IMG/VR virus record: IMGVR_UViG_3300012931_000011
Span: 1 to 37,702 of that record
Reading direction: 5' to 3' (one strand)
From: a virus
DNA: 37,702 nucleotides
Shown: positions 1-9,402 of the stretch, piece after piece
How positions within the stretch are numbered: the stretch's first letter is position 1
Layout of the letters: the number at the start of each line of letters is the position of its first letter
The notes under the pieces: generated by a model
Databases searched by the model: none
Seen by the model: only the letters and a program-made list of their open reading frames with translations
What the model was told of the DNA's origin: nothing
Made by a program: the position numbers and the translations under genes

Positions 1-123
1 GCAGAACTACCAGCTGCATCTTTTATAGTGAATATCCTGCTTGTTGTAGGTGCATTAGGAAGGTTGATGGTTACAGCTATTGAACTTGTATCTACACCAA
101 GAAATTGATCACCAGCAGCGACA
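1..123. repeat. Terminal overlap identical to 37580-37702 (circular closure or terminal redundancy; unique length 37,579 bp)
   Basis: Read directly: gcagaactaccagctgcatc...caccagcagcgaca occurs at both window ends. Confidence 0.95.
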
Positions 124-362
124 ACATAGGGTGATGAAGAAACTGGTGTATAGGTAGGATATCCATATGAAGGAGTGACCCACGTTGGTAATGCACCAGC
201 ACCTTGTGAGGATAGAACTTGCCCAGCAGTTCCTACACTCGCCACAGACTGAAAAGCGCCAACTGAAGTAGCCCCTCCGCAAAGGACTGAAAAAGCTGTG
301 GCAGATTGGACGCCACTGCCGCCTTCTACTACTGGTTCTGGACTATTGCGTTTATAAGCCAT
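1..362 (-). CDS. Fibre-like protein, N-terminal part of a gene that wraps the window junction (continues 37579->37450; 163 aa in total)
   Basis: ATG at 362 preceded by taGGAGAGtata. Open to base 1 and in frame through the overlap: 362+130 = 492 nt. Carries GTAGQVLSSQGAGALPTW, a motif shared with the 32270-34842 paralogues. Confidence 0.7.
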   Translation of the reverse strand, partial: MAYKRNSPEPVVEGGSGVQSATAFSVLCGGATSVGAFQSVASVGTAGQVLSSQGAGALPTWVTPSYGYPTYTPVSSSPYVVAAGDQFLGVDTSSIAVTINLPNAPTTSRIFTIKDAAGSS

Positions 363-371
363 TATACTCTC

Positions 372-842
372 CTAGAAAATTTCATAATTTGTTCCATTAA
401 ACACTAATGAAACTGATTGATATGTTGAATTCATCGTATAGATAGCAGCACCATCTATGAGCGCTATCCCTGAAACGGTAGTGACTGTAATATTATTAGT
501 ATTAGCAGTCCCTGATCTATCTTTGATGACAAATAACCTATTTATACTTGTAGTATCTGGTAATTGGATAGTTATAGGTGCAGCTGTATTAACAGATAAG
601 TAATAATCTGTATCTAAGACTACATAAGGTGTTGTAGATACATTGGTATATTTGAACAACAAAGGTAGCGCTTCTATAGATATAGTAGCAGTACCTGAGT
701 CACCTACTGTTATTACAGAAGTACCGTCACCACTGATATTTATATTATTAGATAGAGGTGAAACTACATCACCTTGATCAGGTGTTAACGTATAAGTTGT
801 TGCTGGCGAAGTACCTGTAACAAAAGAACCTGCTTGTGACAT
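372..842 (-). CDS. Small fibre/receptor-binding-like protein, paralogue of the wrap-around gene
   Basis: SD taAGGAGataagATG. The C-terminus ...ITIQLPDTTSINRLFVIKDRSGTANTNNITVTT...LVFNGTNYEIF parallels ...VTINLPNAPTTSRIFTIKDAAGSSATHNITVTT...LIFNGTSYEIY of the neighbouring gene. Confidence 0.7.
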   Translation of the reverse strand: MSQAGSFVTGTSPATTYTLTPDQGDVVSPLSNNINISGDGTSVITVGDSGTATISIEALPLLFKYTNVSTTPYVVLDTDYYLSVNTAAPITIQLPDTTSINRLFVIKDRSGTANTNNITVTTVSGIALIDGAAIYTMNSTYQSVSLVFNGTNYEIF

Positions 843-851
843 CTTATCTCC

Positions 852-1208
852 TTATACTTGTGACGCATAAAGTATAGTCACATAAACAGAACCTAATGTA
901 GGTATAGTACTTACAGCTTTGACATAAACCCTATCGCCCTCAGGTTGTTCTAGCAGTCCTGATTGATCTGTTTTATTAGTACAATAGTCATACAAACAGT
1001 ACCCTTTAGCAGCTACAATATCATAATCTGCTACTCCATCGAAAGAAATAAGCAGATCAGCATCGGTTAAGTTCGTTACTTTTAATATGCGCACAGGATG
1101 GCCGAAAGATGAAGATACTGCAGAATAATAGAATGTACTTATAGAACCTGCACCTAATGATCTTAGTTCTTCAAATCGTACGCGCCCTGCGCTTGCTAAA
1201 TTGCCCAT
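852..1208 (-). CDS. Hypothetical virion-module protein, paralogue of 1224..1547
   Basis: SD aaAGGAGagtagtaATG. Shares the DLLIS(F/Y)DG..D.DIV block with the next gene. Confidence 0.65.
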   Translation of the reverse strand: MGNLASAGRVRFEELRSLGAGSISTFYYSAVSSSFGHPVRILKVTNLTDADLLISFDGVADYDIVAAKGYCLYDYCTNKTDQSGLLEQPEGDRVYVKAVSTIPTLGSVYVTILYASQV

Positions 1209-1223
1209 TACTACTCTCCTTTT

Positions 1224-1547
1224 TTATAGATAGTAAGCGATCAGATATATATACCCAGTATCGCTTGTAGCTTGCCCATATATGATGGTATTAGCTGGAA
1301 ATAAAGCGACTTTATTATTGGGTACAGCAGATGGTTGTGGATAGATAATATACTGTGTTTTAGTGAGGACAATATCATTATCTGTTGAACCATCATAACT
1401 GATCAGCAAATCTGCTTTAGATTCATTAACAATCCGAATCCAATTGATAGGGCGACTATATCCTAAGCCATTGAGGGCAGTATAAGCTGTCAACCCTGAA
1501 GAATCGACAGTTATCATAGGCATAGTTTTTATGCAATTACTTGGCAT
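1224..1547 (-). CDS. Hypothetical virion-module protein, paralogue of 852..1208
   Basis: I chose the internal ATG at 1547 (AAGGAGgaagATG) because the longer ORF overlaps the upstream gene. Contains the ADLLISYDGSTDNDIV block. Confidence 0.55.
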   Translation of the reverse strand: MPSNCIKTMPMITVDSSGLTAYTALNGLGYSRPINWIRIVNESKADLLISYDGSTDNDIVLTKTQYIIYPQPSAVPNNKVALFPANTIIYGQATSDTGYIYLIAYYL

Positions 1548-1731
1548 CTTCCTCCTTCTTTTCTTCAGGATGCATCCTTTGCAAATGTTCAGCTTGAAGT
1601 TCAGAGATCTTCTGAAGAATTTCATATGAGGCGTCTATAGCATTGCCCCATGTAGCACCCGTAGGGATATAAAATCTGAATGAGAAATCGCCTTTTTTAG
1701 ATTCTATTTCTAACGCTTGTCTTGCTTCCAT
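1537..1731 (-). CDS. Small acidic hypothetical protein
   Basis: ATG at 1731 preceded by aaAAGGAGcataca. 64 codons. Confidence 0.5.
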   Translation of the reverse strand: MEARQALEIESKKGDFSFRFYIPTGATWGNAIDASYEILQKISELQAEHLQRMHPEEKKEEDAK

Positions 1732-1807
1732 TGTATGCTCCTTTTTTATCATATGGACATGACTCTCTACAGTTGATTATAGAAAAGTCATATCCATAAA
1801 CCTATAA

Positions 1808-2704
1808 TTAAGCTGCGCAAGTTATATTAGTCCACGTAGTACCAGCATCAGTATTGATGTAAGCACGTGAAGTAGCGCCAGCAGGATCAGATCTTAAGAA
1901 TAAAGAACCTATTGGAGCGGTAACAGCAGTATTAGGATCACCAGCACCAGCTAGTACTAATAACCCACCAGGCAATGATAATCCACGACCTGCTGCAGTA
2001 ACAGAAAGGCCATTGGCAGCAACAGTATTGACACCAGTTGGCGTATTCAAGACTAACGTAGCACCTGCTGTGGTAGAACCTACATTAGTAGCATGCGCAG
2101 TAGCGCTTACCCCTAAATCAAGGTCACCTGTTCCTACATCTACGGTTACTGAAGTAGTTCCTGTATTGTTACCGATAACGACAGTTCTATTAGAAGAACT
2201 TACCCCTATATTAATTGTTGAAGTATCGCCAGCAGTTCCTATATCAATATAAGACCCTGAAGCATTAATAGTAACATCGCCAGTAGCTGATAGTGTTATA
2301 TCTGAAGCAGCAGTAACGGCAAAATCAACAGTAGAATCGAATGCTACATCGCCACCACTTTGGTCGAAGTTCCCTGAAACGTTAACATTACCTAATGCAG
2401 CTCCTGGAGCAGTTATATTACCAGCAAGCACAAGAACATCGCCAGTAGTTACCGTTAAATCACCAGGATTGATGGTTAATGAAGTAACAGAAGCTGAAGG
2501 TGCAGAGACCCAGGTCGTTAGCCCCCCGACTGTTTTAACGTCATAGTAAGCAGCATTAGCAGTTTGGTCTACCCAAATTTGTCCAGGCTCACAATGATCT
2601 GCTGTTGTTGGAGCCCTATTGGTAACAATTGGATCAGGAAACTGATTAGACTGTGGATTAGGATAACCATACAAAGAATTAGAACGCGTACGTTTAATAG
2701 GCAT
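1808..2704 (-). CDS. Tail fibre/spike-like protein (Gly/Thr/Ala/Val-rich repetitive beta-structure)
   Basis: SD aAAGGAGagtagtatATG. Low-complexity G/T/A/V composition typical of fibres. N-terminal ...APTTADHCEPGQIWVDQ... resembles the N-terminus of 34844..36190 (RDPDQYD..IGDIWIN). Confidence 0.7.
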   Translation of the reverse strand: MPIKRTRSNSLYGYPNPQSNQFPDPIVTNRAPTTADHCEPGQIWVDQTANAAYYDVKTVGGLTTWVSAPSASVTSLTINPGDLTVTTGDVLVLAGNITAPGAALGNVNVSGNFDQSGGDVAFDSTVDFAVTAASDITLSATGDVTINASGSYIDIGTAGDTSTINIGVSSSNRTVVIGNNTGTTSVTVDVGTGDLDLGVSATAHATNVGSTTAGATLVLNTPTGVNTVAANGLSVTAAGRGLSLPGGLLVLAGAGDPNTAVTAPIGSLFLRSDPAGATSRAYINTDAGTTWTNITCAA

Positions 2705-2786
2705 ATACTACTCTCCTTTAAAATTGCTTTACATTACTCTCTCATCAGCATTCTAGAACTTATAATAATTTATATACTATAAAAGC

Positions 2787-2814
2787 TTGCATTTTGTACT
2801 AGTACTAGTATACT
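2787..2814 (+). promoter_or_regulatory. Sigma70-like promoter (TTGCAT-16 nt-TATACT) with a perfect 14-bp palindrome TACTAGTACTAGTA (2797-2810) in the spacer
   Basis: Read directly upstream of the plus-strand RHH gene. The palindrome equals its own reverse complement. Confidence 0.5.
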
Positions 2815-2832
2815 TTTCATAGGTGATAAATA

Positions 2833-3018
2833 ATGGAAAATAAAAAACGCTATCAAATAGCATTCAATGTAAACTATAATTTACGGGAAGAAATAAAAAA
2901 ATTAGCTGCAAGACGTAATATCAGCATGAATTTATGGATTCTAAGAGCTATATATGAACGGATAAATTCAGAAACTAAGTTCGATAAGGATGGGAAAGAC
3001 AAAAATGCAGGAAAATAA
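2833..3018 (+). CDS. Ribbon-helix-helix (Arc/CopG/MetJ-like) DNA-binding protein
   Basis: KRYQIAFNV (beta strand), then LREEIKKLAARRNIS and MNLWILRAIYERI (two helices), which is the classic RHH layout. SD aGGTGAtaaataATG. Opposite strand to the flanking late genes. Confidence 0.7.
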   Translation: MENKKRYQIAFNVNYNLREEIKKLAARRNISMNLWILRAIYERINSETKFDKDGKDKNAGK

Positions 3019-3232
3019 TTATAATAAATATACAAAAATACTTTGTGTATTAGGAAAAATAATAGCACTGGCAATAGGCTTTCTATTATTTATCCCCGTA
3101 GCGTTGGTAGCCTTATGTATGATATTTGGCATAGCAATGTACGCTATACCATTAGCAATAATTTTTGGCTGCCCTACTTACGCATTTATTTTTGCGCTTA
3201 AACATTTATATCCAAAAAAAACTTCTCTCTAA
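3005..3232 (+). CDS. Small two-TM hydrophobic membrane protein
   Basis: Two hydrophobic stretches, IIALAIGFLLFIPVALVALCMIFGIAMYAIPLAIIFG and PTYAFIFAL. Start uncertain (ATG 2990 or 3005). Overlaps the end of the RHH gene. Confidence 0.55.
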   Translation: MQENNYNKYTKILCVLGKIIALAIGFLLFIPVALVALCMIFGIAMYAIPLAIIFGCPTYAFIFALKHLYPKKTSL

Positions 3233-4470
3233 AGCAAATGCAAAGCTAAGCCTGCTGCACTTTTCGCCAACTGCCCTGGACCACCAATTAAACTTCCAGC
3301 AATTGCTTGCAATGCAGTAGTTAATCTAGGTTGTTCTTGAGGAACAGGTTTAGATAAATCTTTTTTAAACTTTTTAGAAATTGCTTCTAATTTTTTATCT
3401 ATCTTATCATCAATCTGTGTGTTCAAATCATCTGGAGGAACGCCTTTGTTTTCTTTGATAACTTCTTTCATAGCATCATTATAGGCTAAATGAGCACGTG
3501 ATATATATTTTAGATTCGCTATGACACGTGATCTACCGGAATTAGATTGGCTTAATGATGGAATTGTTTTTAAAAAGTTTTCTATTTCCATATTAGATAT
3601 ACGAGATCCAAACACTGATTTTGCATCTCTCATGAAATTATAAGCTATTTTTTGGAATTCTTGAGATTCTGGATTCATTAAAGATGGAATATCTAACCCC
3701 GATCTATTAAGAAATTCTACATATCCTGGGGTATCTAATTTACCTGTTTCTTGCAAAGATTCCATTTCATCAAGATCATGTAAATTCTGTCTAGCAGCTT
3801 GAGCTTTTTGATATATCTCTTCTCTAAGTTTTCTAGTCTCATTGAGAGCTGCAGTTTTTTCTGCCTGAGCTAATTGACGTTCTTTTTGATTTATTTTTAT
3901 ACGTTCTGATGGGCTTATTCTAGATTCTTGTAATGCTTGAGAAATTCTATTACCTAAATTTTCAGCAACTGGCAATTCACGCTTTAACGTTGCTTGCTGA
4001 GGTTGTGCTTGCAATTGTTGAACTGGTTGCTGCTCTTGAGGAATATTAGCCAAGAACCCCAATCCTGGTTGCGCTTGTGCTCCTTGCAATTGCATCAACT
4101 TGTCAAAAGCAGAAGGTTGAGCAGCTTGCTGAAATGGTTGTGCTGGCAACTGTTCAGGCATAAGATTACTTAAAGTGCCTAAATCTTCAGACGCAGGTTC
4201 TTGCCCTGGTTGTTGATAGTTAGCCATAAAAGCAAGTTGTGCTTTTTCTGGTAATGATGATATTAGATTACCCAATCCTGGATATATCTGTTCATAAACA
4301 TCAGCAAGACGTTTCCGTTCTCCAGCTTGATATTCTTCCATTTTTCTAGATTGGATATCTTGCATTTTTTGTTGAGTTAACATACTCAACGCATCTTGTA
4401 TTGGTCTAGCTAAACCTTGACCTAATGCTGAACCTAAACTTGCTGCTGATGATCCTATTGGTGTGAACAT
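3229..4470 (-). CDS. Gln-rich coiled-coil virion protein (possible internal/ejection protein)
   Basis: 413-aa ORF with SD ataAGGATaaaattATG. Q/E/K-rich, in the position where T7-like podoviruses carry internal virion proteins. Confidence 0.55.
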   Translation of the reverse strand: MFTPIGSSAASLGSALGQGLARPIQDALSMLTQQKMQDIQSRKMEEYQAGERKRLADVYEQIYPGLGNLISSLPEKAQLAFMANYQQPGQEPASEDLGTLSNLMPEQLPAQPFQQAAQPSAFDKLMQLQGAQAQPGLGFLANIPQEQQPVQQLQAQPQQATLKRELPVAENLGNRISQALQESRISPSERIKINQKERQLAQAEKTAALNETRKLREEIYQKAQAARQNLHDLDEMESLQETGKLDTPGYVEFLNRSGLDIPSLMNPESQEFQKIAYNFMRDAKSVFGSRISNMEIENFLKTIPSLSQSNSGRSRVIANLKYISRAHLAYNDAMKEVIKENKGVPPDDLNTQIDDKIDKKLEAISKKFKKDLSKPVPQEQPRLTTALQAIAGSLIGGPGQLAKSAAGLALHLL

Positions 4471-4480
4471 AATTTTATCC

Positions 4481-5029
4481 TTATCGCTTTTGTTGATATG
4501 GTGCTGATGCCATCATTTTTAAAATTGAACCTATTGAAGGGGCTATAGCGCTCATACCGCCAGTAAGTCCAGCACCCAACGCATTCATACCAACAGAAGA
4601 AAGCGCAGGCAATATTTGTTGTAATAATCCTTCTTGACCTTGTGTGGCATAACTTTCTAATTGTGGAGTAAGACCTAAACCAAGCATATTAAGCATTTGA
4701 TTTCTATTTTGCATACCATATTGGCTTTGTAGAGCTGCTAATCCACCTTCTAAGTTAGCCCCAGCTTGCCCTAGTTCAGTTTTCAATGCCCCTGAACTCA
4801 TAGCATTATTCCCTAATGACTGGAACCGTTCCATGATGCTAGGTAACGTTTGTTGTTGGAACTGTGTGCGGGCTTGATTAGCAATAGGTTCAAACCCAGC
4901 ATAAGGATTCTGCATCCCTTGCATACCCATATTCATTAATGAAGATAAAGTATTCTGTTGCTGCGGAACAAATCTATTAACTTGTCCTACGCCGGCAGGT
5001 TGTCCTAAAAAGAATGAAGACCAATCCAT
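4481..5029 (-). CDS. Gly/Gln/Met-rich virion protein (possible internal protein)
   Basis: SD ttAGGAGAGtactATG. Low-complexity G/Q/M/N composition. Confidence 0.55.
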   Translation of the reverse strand: MDWSSFFLGQPAGVGQVNRFVPQQQNTLSSLMNMGMQGMQNPYAGFEPIANQARTQFQQQTLPSIMERFQSLGNNAMSSGALKTELGQAGANLEGGLAALQSQYGMQNRNQMLNMLGLGLTPQLESYATQGQEGLLQQILPALSSVGMNALGAGLTGGMSAIAPSIGSILKMMASAPYQQKR

Positions 5030-5038
5030 AGTACTCTC

Positions 5039-5566
5039 CTAATTTTTCAAAAATTCTAATACTACAATGGTCGTATCAAACGTAAGACCACTAGCATTGT
5101 TAATATTAATATACGTATCATCTACATAGAGAGAAATATTATTAGCACCAGAAGATGAAGCATAATTTAAAGGATAGTACACATGAGTTGTCGTATTATT
5201 AGCTACCCCAAAACAATGGACGAAACTTAGACTATCATTTATATCCAATCCATGAGCATACGTTGTCAACCCAGCACCTAATGCACCTACATTATATACT
5301 TTTCTAAAACACGCACGAAGATCATCGTAGGACGACGAATTTACATTGAACCATGATTGACCTGTGACGAACTCTTCCTGCAAGTAGAAAGCAGATTCTT
5401 TCGTATTAAGCACAGTTGAGATTAAGTTAACATTCTGATATAAACGCACAAATAATTCTTTGAATTCTTGACTATTAACATCAGTCTCATAAACATGCTG
5501 GATTTCCCAGATGTTAGTCGTAGGAACATAAGAGCCTGTATTTTTTTGGGTATCTGGATATGGCAT
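5039..5566 (-). CDS. Hypothetical structural protein
   Basis: I chose the ATG at 5566, just after the stop of the upstream gene (5568-5570). The longer ORF would overlap that gene by 83 nt. Confidence 0.55.
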   Translation of the reverse strand: MPYPDTQKNTGSYVPTTNIWEIQHVYETDVNSQEFKELFVRLYQNVNLISTVLNTKESAFYLQEEFVTGQSWFNVNSSSYDDLRACFRKVYNVGALGAGLTTYAHGLDINDSLSFVHCFGVANNTTTHVYYPLNYASSSGANNISLYVDDTYININNASGLTFDTTIVVLEFLKN

Positions 5567-5567
5567 A

Positions 5568-7748
5568 TTAGTAGATCCTATATGAAGTTGGTTGAGCGTG
5601 GATACACATAGCATGTAATTGGAAGCCACTTTCCCGGATATTCGTATCAAGCATCTGAGTATCAGACATCTTTAGTTGGAACTGTACTATGTTGCCTTCA
5701 GCTTGAAAATAAACAGGGTGCCACAAACGTGATGCGTTAGCTTCAAATGGAATAGCAGCATAAGAAAACGTATCTAATGTAGAGGTCCCTAATGTTGATG
5801 AAGTTATCAAAGGATCAGTTGATGTAGAGTCAAAGAAGTTAACATCTATTTGGCCATAGCCTGTTTTGTCTACCAGAAAATCTATTTTAGGGATGTAGAC
5901 GTTACGTGCCTGCTGTGCATAAAAGTTATATTCTTTAGTTTTTATAGTGATATTAGCGACACGGCTGATGAGGCCGCCACCTGTATAAGTCCCTGTTAGA
6001 TCGGGGATAGTACAAGTAAAGGTATCAGCATCAATAACTCCAGCAACTTGGAATATCGTATTGTTTATAGTGCCTGTGATCCCTAAGACTCCTTCAATAT
6101 AAATGAAATCTTTTTGTAGTAAGTTATGGTTCTTAGCTGTAATCGTTGCGGTAGTACCAGCAACTACAATATCAGTTATTTGTAGTACAGATGCATTAGT
6201 TTGTACATCAGAATCAAAGACAAACGTATATCCTTGCTGGTTCCCTGCTACTACTTGCCTGAATTTAGCTTGTATTTCACCTGAGTCCCACGTTATATCA
6301 TCGTCCCACGTTATGGTAGTACTGTCCCAGGTCACTCCTGTAGGCGGCTGATAATAGCCAAAACAGGTAATAGAATCATCAAAAAAGGCCCATGTATTAT
6401 TTTTATAGTTATATGCAAGTATTCGATTAGGGTACACAGAATAATCATTAATAGGTATTTTAACGAGGGACCAATAGACCATCTCGGTATAAAAGTCTCT
6501 TATACCATAAACACGGTTAACACCATGATCGACATTATGGATATCGAATACGGTTGTAGGAATATTCTGATCGATACGTTCTACGTTGGAGCCATTACAA
6601 GCCATGATACCGACATTACCTATGCCAAGACATACTTGGTCAAATGGAATAATAGAATGAGTAGATTCAGCACCTAGTTCAGTATTCAATTTAAGCCATG
6701 TAAATGGATATGCTTGGTTGCCTGTATATGCTAGTTCCCAGGTAGATCGTTCAAAATATACTATTAATCTATCTTTAACGAATTCAGCTGTGATAATAGC
6801 TTCTGTCGTAGCAGCATCCATATAGTTGCCTTTACCAGGCGTACTATACCAAGAATCAATGGCTACTGGTGACCCAAATTGGCAATATCGTGCTCTGTTA
6901 GGATAATTTTTTTGCGCCGCTATAGAAGCACCTTCCCAGGTATTAAGCGCAATAAGTCTGTTCTTAAATACGATAAGTAACCGTGCACAATTGAGATAGG
7001 AAGATGGAACAGAATCGAGAGGAGGCCTGAAATTGTCCCATTTATATACACCAGCATTAAGGACATATTGTCTCATGTAATTAGTTTCAGATTCATTGAA
7101 ATTTGTTACAAAAAAGATCCTATCTGATGGATCATTTCCTGACCATGTATCGCCCCAAAAGAACTGATAATCAGTTCCTTTCCAGGTTGATGCACCTACT
7201 GTTACTTCATCGCTTAAATTTACCCAGCCGTTATTATATTGATATGCATGAATAGTATCGAATCCAATAAGAAACTCATCATTAATAGCAGCTTGATCAA
7301 AAGATAGAAGGCCCATCACAGGAAGCGAAGGATAGAAATATATTGCAGTAAGAGCATCAGCACCAGTTATGGTAAGTGCTAAAGTGCCAGTATCATAGGT
7401 AGCAGTTGCCGCCCCTGTAGAAAGCAACGTTATTGTGCTACCAACAGGTGTTATAGTATTAACAGTAAATAGTTGATCTGCTACTGAAAAAGATTGGCCA
7501 ATAGCGATAGCAAGGCCAGTGCCGCCAGTAAAAGCACCAGTATTGTCAGTATCATCTAAATAAATCCTTAATCGTGATAATAAAGACGAATTAGAAAAGA
7601 ACGTAGATCCTGGTCTTTTTCTGATACGACCCCTAAAGCAATAGGCATTATCGAGTTCTTCAAAAGCTGTATCAGGAATAAGCCAAGGTTTATAGTTAGT
7701 CCGTTGGCCACTTTCTTGATCATATGGTGCTATAAAGAACTTATCCAT
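5568..7748 (-). CDS. Large tail/nozzle-like structural protein (726 aa)
   Basis: Largest ORF in the genome. It follows a 199-aa ORF, similar to the tubular A/B order of T7-like podoviruses. Assignment is by size and position only. Confidence 0.6.
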   Translation of the reverse strand: MDKFFIAPYDQESGQRTNYKPWLIPDTAFEELDNAYCFRGRIRKRPGSTFFSNSSLLSRLRIYLDDTDNTGAFTGGTGLAIAIGQSFSVADQLFTVNTITPVGSTITLLSTGAATATYDTGTLALTITGADALTAIYFYPSLPVMGLLSFDQAAINDEFLIGFDTIHAYQYNNGWVNLSDEVTVGASTWKGTDYQFFWGDTWSGNDPSDRIFFVTNFNESETNYMRQYVLNAGVYKWDNFRPPLDSVPSSYLNCARLLIVFKNRLIALNTWEGASIAAQKNYPNRARYCQFGSPVAIDSWYSTPGKGNYMDAATTEAIITAEFVKDRLIVYFERSTWELAYTGNQAYPFTWLKLNTELGAESTHSIIPFDQVCLGIGNVGIMACNGSNVERIDQNIPTTVFDIHNVDHGVNRVYGIRDFYTEMVYWSLVKIPINDYSVYPNRILAYNYKNNTWAFFDDSITCFGYYQPPTGVTWDSTTITWDDDITWDSGEIQAKFRQVVAGNQQGYTFVFDSDVQTNASVLQITDIVVAGTTATITAKNHNLLQKDFIYIEGVLGITGTINNTIFQVAGVIDADTFTCTIPDLTGTYTGGGLISRVANITIKTKEYNFYAQQARNVYIPKIDFLVDKTGYGQIDVNFFDSTSTDPLITSSTLGTSTLDTFSYAAIPFEANASRLWHPVYFQAEGNIVQFQLKMSDTQMLDTNIRESGFQLHAMCIHAQPTSYRIY

Positions 7749-7749
7749 A

Positions 7750-8349
7750 TCAATATCCTATAGCTAAGTAAGCAAAATTCATTGACCCTGCAGCACCATT
7801 GACAGAAGCAAAAACTCTAAAAGTATGATTATCTACAAGATCTACAAGACGAACTGAAGTATTAAGATAACCAATGCTTACATCATAGGGCGTAAGCAAA
7901 ACATTTAATAACCCATTTGGAGGATATGGAAGAGGTAGAGTGACTGAGGCATAACCATTTTTTGTCGCAATACCCCATTTTAACATGATTCCCGACGGTA
8001 GCCAGGTCCATCCATCTGATAATCCTGTTACTGGATGCGTGGTGCTTATAGTAGATGCTGTAAACGGTATAGTTTTAGCTGAAGGTGTTCCTCCAGAATG
8101 GACATATACTTCATTTACTCCTGAAAGGAGTTTACTAAAAATATAGTTTTCACCAGCTGCATAGGTAGGAAAAGCAGCAAGCGCTTGCATAGTAACTTGT
8201 TTATGCTTGCCTTGAGTAGCACCACCACCAAGGTCATAATCTTGATGGTCAACAGAAAAAGCAATATCTATAGTGTTAAAATTACCAGCTATAGGAGCCC
8301 TTGATACGTTAAGTGATTGCCCTGAAATTGGTACAACATTTAAAGCCAT
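7750..8349 (-). CDS. Hypothetical tail structural protein (199 aa)
   Basis: SD ttAGGAGattataATG. Its stop lies 1 nt before the next start. Confidence 0.6.
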   Translation of the reverse strand: MALNVVPISGQSLNVSRAPIAGNFNTIDIAFSVDHQDYDLGGGATQGKHKQVTMQALAAFPTYAAGENYIFSKLLSGVNEVYVHSGGTPSAKTIPFTASTISTTHPVTGLSDGWTWLPSGIMLKWGIATKNGYASVTLPLPYPPNGLLNVLLTPYDVSIGYLNTSVRLVDLVDNHTFRVFASVNGAAGSMNFAYLAIGY

Positions 8350-8358
8350 TATAATCTC

Positions 8359-9366
8359 CTAATAAGGCCATCCTACTGGGCCCCAACCGGTCCAATAGTT
8401 ATAGCTTTTACCTTGGGTATATATAGTAACTGTACGTTCTTCTGCTTGTTGTTCTATGGTAGATCTTAGCAATAGATATTCTTGTTCATTATATGACGGC
8501 ATAATCATATTTATACTGTCATAATCAAGTCTATCTTCAAAAATCTTTTTAGAAGCACCATAGGCTATATATTCCCAGGCTCTATTGAGAAAAGGATCAT
8601 CAGTATCATTCAAAAGTTCTGTAGGGATAATATCAGCCTCGACCTGAATTGGATAAGCTTTATCAGGTACTGGTCTAATAGTGAATTTATCATCAAAATA
8701 AAGCATCGCTAACGGCTTACTTGGCTGATATGCTATGTTTTCTGCCCAAATTACTGCTTGTACTTGCGTAATACTAGGAAATGTAACAGTAAATGCGCCA
8801 GAAACATAGTCTATGGTACCATATACCGGTGTTGCATCATATGGTAACCCTAAATAACCAGTCGTATTATATTGTGGATAGTCAATAAGGGTCATAGCTG
8901 TACCATTAGCATCATTGCATGAAATAACGACATTGTTTTGCAGCATAGGTTTTGCTGCGATATTACCGGTGAATGGTCCTACAGTGCCATCGCCACGAAG
9001 TTGGGTATCAGCTACGGTATTTGTTTGCGGATAGTACCCATAAAAAACATCTCTATGCTGTGTATAAAAGCCCTGAATACCCGCAAAATAAACAGGGACA
9101 TGTACAGCAAGATATTTATTTTTAAAATTATATAAAGGACTCGTTGTATCTGTCGTAGTAGTCTCATAAACATCGATATACGGTTGCGTATAGAATGTAA
9201 ATGTAGTTCTCAATGAAAAAAGTCTTAATTGATCAGGTAAATTATACAATAAAAATGTATTTATATATTTATCTATATCTGTAGTACTCAATTGAGACTC
9301 TGATGGATTCCTTGTTATCCGGCGTATCTTTGTTCTAATATCGCCAAGATTAGAAGTAGTAGGCAT
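8359..9366 (-). CDS. Hypothetical head/tail structural protein (335 aa)
   Basis: SD gtAAGGAtgaagcactATG. Tightly packed in the late operon. Confidence 0.6.
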   Translation of the reverse strand: MPTTSNLGDIRTKIRRITRNPSESQLSTTDIDKYINTFLLYNLPDQLRLFSLRTTFTFYTQPYIDVYETTTTDTTSPLYNFKNKYLAVHVPVYFAGIQGFYTQHRDVFYGYYPQTNTVADTQLRGDGTVGPFTGNIAAKPMLQNNVVISCNDANGTAMTLIDYPQYNTTGYLGLPYDATPVYGTIDYVSGAFTVTFPSITQVQAVIWAENIAYQPSKPLAMLYFDDKFTIRPVPDKAYPIQVEADIIPTELLNDTDDPFLNRAWEYIAYGASKKIFEDRLDYDSINMIMPSYNEQEYLLLRSTIEQQAEERTVTIYTQGKSYNYWTGWGPVGWPY

Positions 9367-9402
9367 AGTGCTTCATCCTTACTCTAAAAATTACTCTCTC
9401 TT

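Noticed and set aside
1-123. Interpreting the 123-bp repeat as the physical direct terminal repeat of the virion DNA
   Set aside because: From sequence alone this cannot be told apart from an assembler overlap on a circular or circularly permuted genome, and the repeat falls in the middle of a fibre gene. I report it only as closure evidence.
1224-1625. Full-length 133-aa version of this ORF (and the 71-aa version of 1537..1752)
   Set aside because: The N-terminal extensions overlap the upstream genes and lack SD sites. The internal ATGs at 1547 and 1731 have AAGGAG sites.
3229-4470. A tape-measure protein, which would imply a long-tailed phage
   Set aside because: At 413 aa it is too short. 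There are no tail tube, sheath or chaperone frameshift genes nearby. The composition fits a podovirus internal or ejection protein better.
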